Shown: piece after piece, positions 1 through 9,036 of the stretch
Layout: each line of letters opens with the position of its first letter
Numbering within the stretch: the first letter of the stretch is position 1
DNA from: Candidatus Hydrogenedentota bacterium
Lineage (GTDB): Bacteria > Hydrogenedentota > Hydrogenedentia > Hydrogenedentales > SLHB01
Direction: 5' to 3'
DNA: 64,000 nt
NCBI GenBank assembly: GCA_963668025.2
Contig: CAXXTH010000017.1
Span: 1,088,001 to 1,152,000, forward strand
Made by a program: the position numbers and the translations under genes
The notes under the pieces: model-generated
Seen by the model: only the letters and a program-made list of their open reading frames with translations
What the model was told of the DNA's origin: nothing
Database searches by the model: none

Positions 1-531
1 AATCTCATCGCCGGTGCTGGGCTGCGCGGGGTTTGACGGATGCCCGCGCCGCTGCTTTTCCCACGCGGCCACGTCCGCTCCCGTCTGCTCGCTGGACCGC
101 TCGCAGTCCTTGGCGCTCACGCTGATGCCCGCCAGTTCTTTTAGATCCCCGGCGGCGTCCGCGAAGCTTTCCCGCGCGCCAAGGCGCGCCGTCATTCGCC
201 TGACGCCGGGCGAACGCGAAGTGCCCGCGACATCCAGCAGTTCGTCCGCTGGATAGGCGGTGGCCCCGCATGGGCAGCGGTACATCGCGCGCTCCTGCGT
301 GACGTTCCCCAGAATGGTCGTGATGCGCCTGGCCCGCATGCCCGCGCGGCGCATGGGATGGCCGCACAGCGGGCACGCATGCTCCTGGCCCTGGACAATG
401 GCGTTTGCCTTGTCGAACAGGACGGCCAGCGTCTTTCCCGCGCCTTCCAGGGCGGCGGTGCGGATGAGTTTCTCCGTTGCTTCAAAGTCCACGCCGCGGT
501 CCCGGCGGACTAGCGCCAGCGCCCGCGACAT
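1..531 (-). CDS. ISKra4-family transposase, N-terminal part (partial)
   Basis: Not in the ORF track because no stop lies in the window. Hand translation from ATG 531: MSRALALVRRDRGVDFEATEKLIRTAALEGAG...CPLCGHPMRRAGMRARRITTILGNV...YRCPCGATAYPADELL...SPGV, with a zinc-ribbon N-terminus typical of this family. Confidence 0.8.
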   Translation of the reverse strand, partial: MSRALALVRRDRGVDFEATEKLIRTAALEGAGKTLAVLFDKANAIVQGQEHACPLCGHPMRRAGMRARRITTILGNVTQERAMYRCPCGATAYPADELLDVAGTSRSPGVRRMTARLGARESFADAAGDLKELAGISVSAKDCERSSEQTGADVAAWEKQRRGHPSNPAQPSTGDEI

Positions 532-554
532 TTCCGCGGACCTTTCCAGTTCGA

Positions 555-905
555 CTAGAGCCCTTTTTTTTGCCGCTCGTGGGCGGCCTCCTTGTCGCGC
601 TCAAGCTCTCCGAGCTGTTGTGTCAGCTCGCAAAAGCGTTCGGCGAGTTCGTGAATACGCTTGCTGTTGTCCGTCTGTTCACGGGCGCGCCGCACGTCCT
701 CGGGACTTCGCAGCCGCTGCCGCCGGGGCTTTCCCTGCTCGTACCACTGCAGGGAGTAATAAGGTCCCCGTTCCACGGCCTCCGGCATGTCCTTGCGTGT
801 GCCCTTGACCATTTGCTCCGACACGCCGCCCGGGTGGGCGCTTCGAATGGCGCGCATCTGCCCCAAAATACATTCCCGTTGCGCTTCAATCGTCTCAATG
901 TTCAT
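555..905 (-). CDS. IS-associated small protein (DUF6788-like)
   Basis: GGAGG upstream of ATG 905; GxxS...GPYYSLQWYEQGK...helical tail; directly upstream of the transposase. Confidence 0.7.
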   Translation of the reverse strand: MNIETIEAQRECILGQMRAIRSAHPGGVSEQMVKGTRKDMPEAVERGPYYSLQWYEQGKPRRQRLRSPEDVRRAREQTDNSKRIHELAERFCELTQQLGELERDKEAAHERQKKGL

Positions 906-1125
906 GGCGGCCTCCATTTGTGTCTATACAGACACAAAATTATACCGCAAAAAACATCTGGACGCAACGAAACACAATCATGGCGCACACCCAATCCCGA
1001 GGAGGGAGTTCCCATTTGTCAACGAATCCTGCTATCATACGCGTTCATAAAAAGATGCACTACGGTTCGAGCCATGCTTTTTGAATGATTTTAGTTGGCG
1101 CGGAGGACGCCCGCGAGGGTTAAAG

Positions 1126-2073
1126 ATGATCCAAGTCGAAGGTTTGACTAAATACTATGGGGCCGCCCCCGCCATTGATGGCGTTTCTTTTCGAGTCGAG
1201 GCGGGGGAAATCGTTGGATTTCTAGGTCCGAATGCGGCAGGGAAGACGACGACGATGCGTATATTGGCGGGATATATGCCCGCCACGCGGGGCAAAGCGG
1301 TCGTTGCGGGATTTGATTTGGCGCAGGCTCCGCTGGAAGTGAAGCGCCGTGTCGGGTATATGCCTGAAAACGTGCCGCTCTATCTCGAAATGGTCGTCGG
1401 CGCGTTTTTACGGTATGTGGCGGAAATCAAGAATGTGCCGCGCGCGCAGGTGCGGGGGGAAGTGGGGCGGGTGATGGAGCGGTGCGGGCTTGGCCATATG
1501 CAAAACCGCATCATCCGCAATCTCTCGAAAGGATACCGCCAGCGCGTGGGCCTCGCACAGGCGCTTATTGGAAGCCCGCCGGTGCTGATTCTTGATGAGC
1601 CAACGGTAGGGCTGGACCCGTCGCAGATCATCGAGATTCGGGAAATGATCCGTGGATTGGCTGGCGAACACACGTTGCTGCTGAGTTCCCACATTCTTCC
1701 CGAAGTGGCCATGGTCTGCAAGCGGGTCATTATCATCCATCAAGGCCATATCGTGGCGGAAGACACCATGGATAACTTGGCGGGCAAGGCCACGGGGCAG
1801 CAAATAGATATTGAAGCGGAAGGTTTGGGGGCAACGATTCGAGAAATCGCGGAAAGCGTTCCCGGTGTGCGTTTTGCTTCACCGGAAGGCGCGATGCGCT
1901 ACCGCATCACGGCGGAAGAAAACGCCGACCCCCGGGCGGCGCTGGTATCGGCGCTTGTCGAACGAGGCATATGCGTGCGCGGGCTTTCGGTGCGCCGCCG
2001 CACGCTCGAGGATGTTTTTGTGGAAGCCATATCGCACGATCATGCGGCTGGAAAAGGAGGGCCGCGGCGGTGA
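1126..2073 (+). CDS. ABC transporter ATP-binding protein (GldA-like)
   Basis: Walker A GPNAAGKTT, signature LSKGYRQR, Walker B LILDEPT. Confidence 0.92.
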   Translation: MIQVEGLTKYYGAAPAIDGVSFRVEAGEIVGFLGPNAAGKTTTMRILAGYMPATRGKAVVAGFDLAQAPLEVKRRVGYMPENVPLYLEMVVGAFLRYVAEIKNVPRAQVRGEVGRVMERCGLGHMQNRIIRNLSKGYRQRVGLAQALIGSPPVLILDEPTVGLDPSQIIEIREMIRGLAGEHTLLLSSHILPEVAMVCKRVIIIHQGHIVAEDTMDNLAGKATGQQIDIEAEGLGATIREIAESVPGVRFASPEGAMRYRITAEENADPRAALVSALVERGICVRGLSVRRRTLEDVFVEAISHDHAAGKGGPRR

Positions 2074-2906
2074 GAAGCATCTGGGCCGTCTGCAAGCGGG
2101 AATTCGCGAGTTATTTCACCACGCCCATCGGATATGTGGTCATGGGCACGTATGCCATGATCACCGGGCTGGGCTTTGTGGCGAGCTTCATTTATTACGC
2201 CCGCATTTCCCAGTCGCCAGGGACATTTGACTATCCCGGCGTGCCGGACTTGGAAGAGACCATGCTGAGTCCTTTCCTGGTGTTTTGCGGCCAAGTCATC
2301 TTGTTCATGGGGCCGCTCATCACGATGCGGCTGCTGGCCGAGGAGAAAAACCGGGGCACGATGGAATTGCTGCTCACGTATCCCTTGCGCGACCGTGATG
2401 TCATTTTCGGCAAGTATCTCGCCGCGCTTGGCATGACGCTGTCGTTGCTGGTGGTGGTGGGCGCGCATCTGGGCCTGATTGCGTGGTTCACGGCGGTCGA
2501 ACCCGCCGTGCTGGTTTTTGGCTTGCTGACGGTGTTCCTCATGGGGGCCGCGTTCATGAGCATGGGCCTGTTCATTTCGGCGCTCACGAACAACCAAGTC
2601 ACGGCAGCCACCTTGTCCTTTGGCGTGTTTTTCGTGTCGTATGTGCTGGGGGCGCTTGGCAAAGACCTGAAGACCATGAATCCGGCCCCGGCGCAATGGA
2701 GTGAGAACATCCGGGACGCGGTGGGATTCTTCTACTCGATATTCCGCCGTATGGTGCTCGAATTGCCCATGGATGCGCACGCCAAGCAAATGGCCCAGGG
2801 CATCGTGGCCCCGGCCGATATCGCCTACTATGTGTTGTTCGCCGTCTTTTTCCTGTTCCTCACTTTCCGCGTACTAGAGTCTCGTAAATGGAGGGCCGTT
2901 GCTTGA
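2070..2906 (+). CDS. ABC-2 permease (GldF-like)
   Basis: GTG overlaps the upstream stop; KREFASYF, TMRLLAEEKNRGTMELLLT, GKYLA motifs; multiple TM helices. Confidence 0.88.
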   Translation: MRSIWAVCKREFASYFTTPIGYVVMGTYAMITGLGFVASFIYYARISQSPGTFDYPGVPDLEETMLSPFLVFCGQVILFMGPLITMRLLAEEKNRGTMELLLTYPLRDRDVIFGKYLAALGMTLSLLVVVGAHLGLIAWFTAVEPAVLVFGLLTVFLMGAAFMSMGLFISALTNNQVTAATLSFGVFFVSYVLGALGKDLKTMNPAPAQWSENIRDAVGFFYSIFRRMVLELPMDAHAKQMAQGIVAPADIAYYVLFAVFFLFLTFRVLESRKWRAVA

Positions 2907-4573
2907 GCCCTGAATCGACTACGCCCAAGAATCGCGCCATGGTAGTGATTGGCGTTTCATCACTATTGTTTCTCGATATTGCGTTCAATGTCTTGCTGCT
3001 CAAACAGAGTTTGTTCCAAATGTGGGTGGTGCTGCCATTCGCCATTGGAGCGTTTCTGGGTGTTATATGGCTGGCGTTGCGCATCACGCGATTGGCGGGC
3101 CAAGCGGTCCATGAAACCCAAGGCACGGCCGCGCGCAGCCTGAATATGGTTGTCGCTTCGGTGGTGTTCTTTGCCATATGCGCCACCGTGTACGCTTTCG
3201 CCCATCATTTCAAGTCCTCATGGGATCTCACGCAGGAAGGCCGCCAGGAATTGGCCCCGCAAACGGTCCAGATTCTCGAGAGCTTGACCAAAGAAGTGGA
3301 AGTGCATGGCCTTTTCGTCACCGCCGCCGACAATCTGGCGTCGGTCACCCAGGACAAAACGGAGCGTTTCTTGGAGCGTTGCCAGGAGCATACGCCATTT
3401 TTAAAAGTCTCATTCCATGATCCGGAACAGGATCCGCTCATTCGCAAGCAGCTCAATCTGGCGCGGTTGTCCTTGGAAGGCACGGTAGTGATTAAATGCG
3501 GAGCGCTGCAGAAAGTGATTCCGCTTCAAGGAGTATCGCCCCGGCTCGAGGAGCGCGACTTTGTGAACGCCCTCATCAATGTGGTGCGCGGCTCCGCCCC
3601 GAAAGTCTATTTTCTTTCGGGCCATGGCGAAATCGCGCCGAGTGATCAAGATCCGGAACAAGGCGCTACTATCTTGAGCCAGCTTCTCGGCGCGGAATCG
3701 TATGCCGTCGCGCCTCTGGAACTCTCCGTCCAAGAGGCGGTGATTCCAGCGGATTGCAGTGTTTTGGTCTTGAATGGCGGCACATCCGACCTCAATCCGC
3801 GCGATCTTGCGGCGGTTCAGGGGTATATGCAAAATGGCGGGCGCTTGCTGGTGCTGACAGAGATTTTTAAGGGGGAATCCCAACTATTCAATTGGCTCAA
3901 AGCGGCGTATGGCATCAGCATCGGACAAGATTTGGTGGTGTCGCATCGGGATTCGCCCGCGGAGATAGTCTTAGTGCCTAATTACGGGAAGGCCCCCGAG
4001 GAAATCAAGCACCGCGGCTCTTTCAATGACAACCACCCCATTACGAACGGCCTTGACCGCACCATGCTGTTGACGGGCGTGCGGAGCGTCCGCTTGGATG
4101 AAAAACTTCCTGCCGGCGTCGCCGGGGATGTGTTGTTGTGGAGCATGCCGGATTGCTGGGCGGAGACGGACCTTGACAAGCTGATGCAGACCCGGCAGGC
4201 CATTCCGGAACCGGGTGAAGAGCAAGGGGCCATCCCGCTGGCCGTGGCGGTAACGGCGAAGACAGATAGGCCCATGAGCGGCTCGGAACAGAATTTAGAT
4301 GCGCGGGTGGTGGTGTTTGGCAACCGCGAGTTCGCTTCCAACGGCAAAGTGCAGCAATTCCCGGTGCATGTCAATCTCATCATGAATGCTTTTGCGTGGC
4401 TGACGGAGGAAAAAGAGCTGATCGGTTTGCGCGCCGCCCATGCGGAGGACGCGGCAATTGTGTTGACACCGCTCGAAGAGCAGGTTGCAGCATGGATTGC
4501 GAGCCTTGGCATGCTTCATTTGGTGGCTCTTGCGGGGCTGATTATGTATCTCATGAGAAGGAAATACCAGTGA
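2903..4573 (+). CDS. GldG-like ABC auxiliary component
   Basis: WDLT...LAPQT, VYFLSGHGE and GGRLLVL motifs; N- and C-terminal TM segments. Confidence 0.85.
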   Translation: MSPESTTPKNRAMVVIGVSSLLFLDIAFNVLLLKQSLFQMWVVLPFAIGAFLGVIWLALRITRLAGQAVHETQGTAARSLNMVVASVVFFAICATVYAFAHHFKSSWDLTQEGRQELAPQTVQILESLTKEVEVHGLFVTAADNLASVTQDKTERFLERCQEHTPFLKVSFHDPEQDPLIRKQLNLARLSLEGTVVIKCGALQKVIPLQGVSPRLEERDFVNALINVVRGSAPKVYFLSGHGEIAPSDQDPEQGATILSQLLGAESYAVAPLELSVQEAVIPADCSVLVLNGGTSDLNPRDLAAVQGYMQNGGRLLVLTEIFKGESQLFNWLKAAYGISIGQDLVVSHRDSPAEIVLVPNYGKAPEEIKHRGSFNDNHPITNGLDRTMLLTGVRSVRLDEKLPAGVAGDVLLWSMPDCWAETDLDKLMQTRQAIPEPGEEQGAIPLAVAVTAKTDRPMSGSEQNLDARVVVFGNREFASNGKVQQFPVHVNLIMNAFAWLTEEKELIGLRAAHAEDAAIVLTPLEEQVAAWIASLGMLHLVALAGLIMYLMRRKYQ

Positions 4574-6366
4574 AGTTCCGAAGCACCATTTTGCTCCTCA
4601 TTGTCCTGTGCGCCTTATGCGCGGGCTATTACGGCATGCTCAAATACCAGGAGCGCGGCCGGCGGCAAACGGAAGAAGCCAAGCGGCTCTTCACGTTCGC
4701 ACCCGAGGATGTCCGCATGCTAACCATCAAGCAAAAAGGAAGCCTGGCCGTGACGGGCGAGCTTGGGGAAGGCGGCGTTTGGCGCATCACGCAGCCGTAT
4801 GAATTGAAAGCGTACCAGCCGATCTGGGCGCGCGTCGCTAAAAGCCTCGCGGAACTCACGAAAGAGCGCACCATCGATTCAGCCGATTTGACGGCGTTTG
4901 ATCTGGATGAGCCCCAGCTCACGGTAACCGCCAGCCTCGCCAGCGGAGAAACGGTGGATGCTGCTTTTGGAGCCGTCGCCGCTATTCCCACTAACCATTA
5001 TGCCCGCATCGGAGACGGCCCGGTGATCCTCGCGCCGGAGAATAGTTTCTTTGAATTAAACCGAGCGCTGGATGTGTTGCGGGAGTTCAATTTGTTTGAC
5101 ACCGGCAACGGCCCGGTGGCGCGCATTGAATTCGCATGGATCCGCCCGAATAAGGAGACGGGCGCTCCTGAAGAATCCATTCCAGTTACGGTTGAATTGC
5201 AAGACAACGGCCGGTATCAGATGACCCAGCCCATGGCGTGCCCGGTCAATATGGACCGTGTTGGCCGGTTTATTGTCGAATTGGGAACAGAGGCTTGCAA
5301 GGGTTTCGTGGATGCGCCGGAGAGCCTGGCGGATTACGGCCTTGAACCGGCGAATGCGCGTGTCTCGTTATGGACGCAGAAAGATGGCTCGGCGCAGGTT
5401 GTTTATTTTGGCGGTATGGAGGGCAAAGGTGAAGAGGCGCGTATGTTCGCTAAAAAAGCGAATGAAACACCTGTATTCACCGTGCGCGCGGAGTTAAGGT
5501 CGCTGTTTCCGGAATCACCCAGTTCCTTCCGTGAGCGCAGGCTCTTTACGCGCGACGCCAAGAAGTTGAAACAGTTCCAATACCAATCGCCCAGCGCCAG
5601 TTTCTCGCTGGAGCGGGATGACACCGGGCGCTGGCGTTTCACGACGGAAACGGATGCGGAAGCGGACCAGGCCGCGGTAGCGCAATTCCTTAACGGTTTC
5701 ACCCGGCAGCAAGCGCGTGATTTTGCAACCGAAGCATCCATCGCCCCCGGTAGTGAACTGGCCACGCTCACGTTCACCACACAGGATTCGGAACAGCCTT
5801 CGGTGATCCGTATCGGAGCGAGAACGGCGGATGGACAGGCCTATTATGCCGTGCAGGATATCGGCGTTACGGTGTTTCTCGATGAGAAGAGCGCGGAAGG
5901 CTTAATCCATTTGACGCCATTTGATTTTCAAGCGCGTGATTTGCTGGCCTTCCAGGCGGATGAAGCAAAGAAGGTTGAACTTCATTTTGACGGTGTTGAC
6001 TATGTATTCGAGCGGCCCTCGACCCTGTGGCGGATATCGCTGCCCGAGGGAAAAGCGTGGACCAGCCAGGACGACATGCGGGCCCTTTTGGAGGCGCTGA
6101 ACTCGATTAAGGCCGTCGGGAAAGCGGCTGAAACGTCCGCCGATAAGGCGCTGTATGGCCTGGAAGCGCCTCTTCTCACGGCTCGGGTCACGGTGCAAGA
6201 TGGGGAATCAGAGCGCGCTTCGTCCCTCCTCCAGGTAGGAGGCGTGCTGCCTACGGACGAACATCAGCGCTACGCCATGCTGGAAGGCCGGACCGAGGTT
6301 TTCCGCGTGCGCCAATCGGCCATAGATGATATGCGCAAGGCGCTGGCGGGCGTCCGGGACCAATGA
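4570..6366 (+). CDS. DUF4340-type repeat protein
   Basis: N-terminal anchor, repeated W-x-I...L-x-x-(Y/F)-(G/D)-L-x-x-P units; fourth gene of a GldAFG-like operon. Confidence 0.78.
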   Translation: MKFRSTILLLIVLCALCAGYYGMLKYQERGRRQTEEAKRLFTFAPEDVRMLTIKQKGSLAVTGELGEGGVWRITQPYELKAYQPIWARVAKSLAELTKERTIDSADLTAFDLDEPQLTVTASLASGETVDAAFGAVAAIPTNHYARIGDGPVILAPENSFFELNRALDVLREFNLFDTGNGPVARIEFAWIRPNKETGAPEESIPVTVELQDNGRYQMTQPMACPVNMDRVGRFIVELGTEACKGFVDAPESLADYGLEPANARVSLWTQKDGSAQVVYFGGMEGKGEEARMFAKKANETPVFTVRAELRSLFPESPSSFRERRLFTRDAKKLKQFQYQSPSASFSLERDDTGRWRFTTETDAEADQAAVAQFLNGFTRQQARDFATEASIAPGSELATLTFTTQDSEQPSVIRIGARTADGQAYYAVQDIGVTVFLDEKSAEGLIHLTPFDFQARDLLAFQADEAKKVELHFDGVDYVFERPSTLWRISLPEGKAWTSQDDMRALLEALNSIKAVGKAAETSADKALYGLEAPLLTARVTVQDGESERASSLLQVGGVLPTDEHQRYAMLEGRTEVFRVRQSAIDDMRKALAGVRDQ

Positions 6367-6578
6367 CCAGAGGCGTTATACCTACGCGGATGTGAAGGTT
6401 TTTTTCGGACGGGATTTGCGGGATGTGGCAAGAATTCCGTTTTTAATGACACTTCAGTCCGAAAAATCTGGTCTAAACCAAGTTGCCTTTATATGGAAGG
6501 CGCTGGCTTAGAAAAACGGCGTTATTTGTTTTGGCGGGTAAAATGAACCCGAAGCAAGTAGAATTTCCATGTCTTATT

Positions 6579-6623
6579 TGCTAGAATGCGCTGTTATTGG
6601 CTCTACCCGCCATGGGGCGGGTA
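6579..6623 (+). promoter_or_regulatory. Putative extended -10 promoter and 5'-UTR hairpin of acpP
   Basis: TGcTAGAAT at 6579-6587; perfect stem TACCCGCC-ATGG-GGCGGGTA at 6604-6623. Confidence 0.45.
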
Positions 6624-6657
6624 AACTACATTATTTGAGGAAAGGGAGGTATACGGA

Positions 6658-6894
6658 ATGCCGGATATTGATGTGGCAGAGGCCGTAAAAAAGATCGTCG
6701 TCGAGCAGCTTGATCGCAAACCGGAAGAAGTCACCATGGACGCCAAATTTATTGATGACCTTGGTGCGGACTCCTTAGACCTGACGGAATTGCTGATGAA
6801 GCTCGAAGAAGAGTACAACGTGGATATCGACGACGAAGCAAATGAGATTCAAACCGTCGGCGACGCAGTTCGGTACATCGAATCCAAGCTCTAG
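6658..6894 (+). CDS. acpP: Acyl carrier protein
   Basis: DLGADSLD phosphopantetheine motif, acidic 78 aa, GGGAGG RBS. Confidence 0.96.
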   Translation: MPDIDVAEAVKKIVVEQLDRKPEEVTMDAKFIDDLGADSLDLTELLMKLEEEYNVDIDDEANEIQTVGDAVRYIESKL

Positions 6895-7028
6895 GCCGCG
6901 ATTCGCGGAGTTGCTGAACCATACACATTCGCCAGGGGGCATCGCGCGCCCAGCCCGTAAAGAACAGCATGTGACGGGCTGGGTGTTGAACTGTGAGGAG
7001 AGCAACTAAAAACCATGGTGGAGCGCTC

Positions 7029-8258
7029 ATGAACCGGAGAGTTGTGGTGACGGGTTTGGGCGTCGTTTCGCCCGTAGGGAACGATGTCGATACCTTTTGG
7101 AAATCGTTATGCGCTGGCCAGACAGGCGTGCGGCGCATTACGAATTTTGATCCTACGGGCATGCCTGTCCAAATCGGCGCGGAGTGCCCGCCTTGTGTTC
7201 CTGCAGGGATGGGTCCGAAGGATTTGCGCCGCCGGGATCGGTATTGCCTGTTTGCGTTGTGCGCCGCGGATGAGGCATGGGCCAGCAGCGGGCTTGACAT
7301 CGCTAAAGAGAACCCCGAGCGTTGCGGCGTCGTGCTTGGCAGCGGTATTGGCGGATTGCAGACCATCGAGGATGAACACCTGGTCTATTTGCAAAAAGGG
7401 CCAGGAAAAGTGTCGCCCATGATGTTGCCGAAGATTTTATCCAATATGGCGGCGGGCGAAGTTGCGATTCGCCTTGGCCTGCGCGGGCCTAACAAAGCGG
7501 TGGTTACGGCATGCGCGTCGGGCTCCCAGAGTATCGCGGAAGCGGCGAATAATATTCGTTGCAACCATGCGGATGTCATGATTGCGGGTGGTTCGGAAGC
7601 CAGCGTTGTGCCTTTTGGCGTGGCGGGATTCGCGGCGATTCGCGCCCTCTCGACCCGCAATGATGAGCCGGAGAAGGCCAGCAGGCCGTTTGATCTGGAC
7701 CGGGACGGCTTTGTGATCGGTGAAGGCGCGGGCATTTTGGTGCTCGAGTCGGAAGAGCACGCCAAAGGGCGCGGGGCGAATATTTTATGTGAATTTGCCG
7801 GCTATGGTGAAACCTGTGACGCATATCATGTGACCGCGCCACGGCCGGATGGTTCTGGCGCGGCGGCGGCCATGAAGATCGCGCTCCAGGATGCAAAGAT
7901 AAACCGTGAAGAGGTGGATTATTTTAACGCCCACGGTACGAGCACGAAGCTTAATGATATGGGCGAAGCCCTCGCGTTGCGCACGGTGTTCGGTGATAAC
8001 ATGCCGCCTGTGAACTCGACGAAATCCATGATTGGGCATTTGTTGGGCGCGGCGGGCGCGGTGGAAGCGGTGGTATGCGTGATGACCATACGTTCGGGCA
8101 TCATTCATCCGTCGGTTAATTATGATACGCCGGATCCGGAATGCCCGGTGAATATTGTCGCGAATGTGTCCCGGGAAGCTACGGTTCAAGTAGCCATGTC
8201 AAATTCACTCGGATTCGGCGGACATAACGCATCCATAATAATCAGGAAGTATGATTGA
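7029..8258 (+). CDS. fabF: 3-oxoacyl-ACP synthase II
   Basis: RRVVVTGLG, TACASG, NAHGTST, KSMIGHLLGAAG, NSLGFGGHN. Confidence 0.96.
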   Translation: MNRRVVVTGLGVVSPVGNDVDTFWKSLCAGQTGVRRITNFDPTGMPVQIGAECPPCVPAGMGPKDLRRRDRYCLFALCAADEAWASSGLDIAKENPERCGVVLGSGIGGLQTIEDEHLVYLQKGPGKVSPMMLPKILSNMAAGEVAIRLGLRGPNKAVVTACASGSQSIAEAANNIRCNHADVMIAGGSEASVVPFGVAGFAAIRALSTRNDEPEKASRPFDLDRDGFVIGEGAGILVLESEEHAKGRGANILCEFAGYGETCDAYHVTAPRPDGSGAAAAMKIALQDAKINREEVDYFNAHGTSTKLNDMGEALALRTVFGDNMPPVNSTKSMIGHLLGAAGAVEAVVCVMTIRSGIIHPSVNYDTPDPECPVNIVANVSREATVQVAMSNSLGFGGHNASIIIRKYD

Positions 8259-9000
8259 AGAAGAAGAACGGGCGCACACCCTGGCTACGTTTGCGGAGCA
8301 TTTGGGAGTCGCCTTCCATGATATGGATTTACTGGACCGCGCCTTGACGCATGCCTCGACCGCAAGTGAGGGGGGCGGGCCAGGGTATAACTATGAGTCA
8401 CTCGAGTTTTTGGGTGATGCTGCATTGAGTTTAGCGGTTGCCCATGATCTTTTTGAGCGCGCGCCGGACCGCACTCCTGGTGAATATAGCCGGATGCGGG
8501 CGGCGGTGGTGAATCGCAGAAGCCTTGCCCGGATGGCCAAGCAGATTGGGGTGGCGCATGCCATCCGCCTCGGCAAAGGCGAGGAGATGTCTGGCGGGCG
8601 GCAGCGGGATGCGTTGCTCGAGGATTGCGTCGAGTCGGTGATAGGCGCTTTATATCTGGACCAAGGGTGGGCCGCCGTGCGGGAGTTCATCACCCGGGTG
8701 TTTGGAGAGGAACTCACGCGGGCGCATACGCTTGACCGGGTGTGGGATTTTAAGTCGCGTTTGCAGCATCACTGCCAAGCCCTTCATATCCCCTTGCCAA
8801 CGTTCCGGCTGGTGAGGACGGAGGGGCCTGACCATAAAAAAGAATTTGAAATAGAAGTTCTGCTCCGGGGCGAGTCTGTAGGGCGCGGCTCCGGATCGAG
8901 TAAGAAAGAAGCGGAACAAAACGCCGCCAAGGCAGCCCTCGAACACGAACGGTTGTCTGGCGGAAAAGCAACACCAACCAAGGGCGGGCCGAATGAATAA
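8251..9000 (+). CDS. rnc: Ribonuclease III
   Basis: ALTHAS, NYESLEFLGDA and a C-terminal dsRBD (GPDHKKEF...SKKEAEQNAA). Confidence 0.96.
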   Translation: MIEEEERAHTLATFAEHLGVAFHDMDLLDRALTHASTASEGGGPGYNYESLEFLGDAALSLAVAHDLFERAPDRTPGEYSRMRAAVVNRRSLARMAKQIGVAHAIRLGKGEEMSGGRQRDALLEDCVESVIGALYLDQGWAAVREFITRVFGEELTRAHTLDRVWDFKSRLQHHCQALHIPLPTFRLVRTEGPDHKKEFEIEVLLRGESVGRGSGSSKKEAEQNAAKAALEHERLSGGKATPTKGGPNE

Positions 9001-9036
9001 TGCCGTCCGAAACGAAAGGCTACAGGAGAACGCATC

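Larger units (their letters stand above)
1..992 (-). mobile_element. ISKra4-family insertion sequence, cut by the left window edge
   Basis: Minus strand begins GGGTGTGCGCC at 992 (GGGTG terminus as in the ISKra4 copy at 42413-43782), followed by a small ORF and a transposase N-terminus. The other end is outside the window. Confidence 0.75.

Noticed and set aside
1126-6366. Evidence of gliding motility
   Set aside because: GldAFG-like ABC clusters are widespread in non-gliding bacteria, and no core gliding genes are present.
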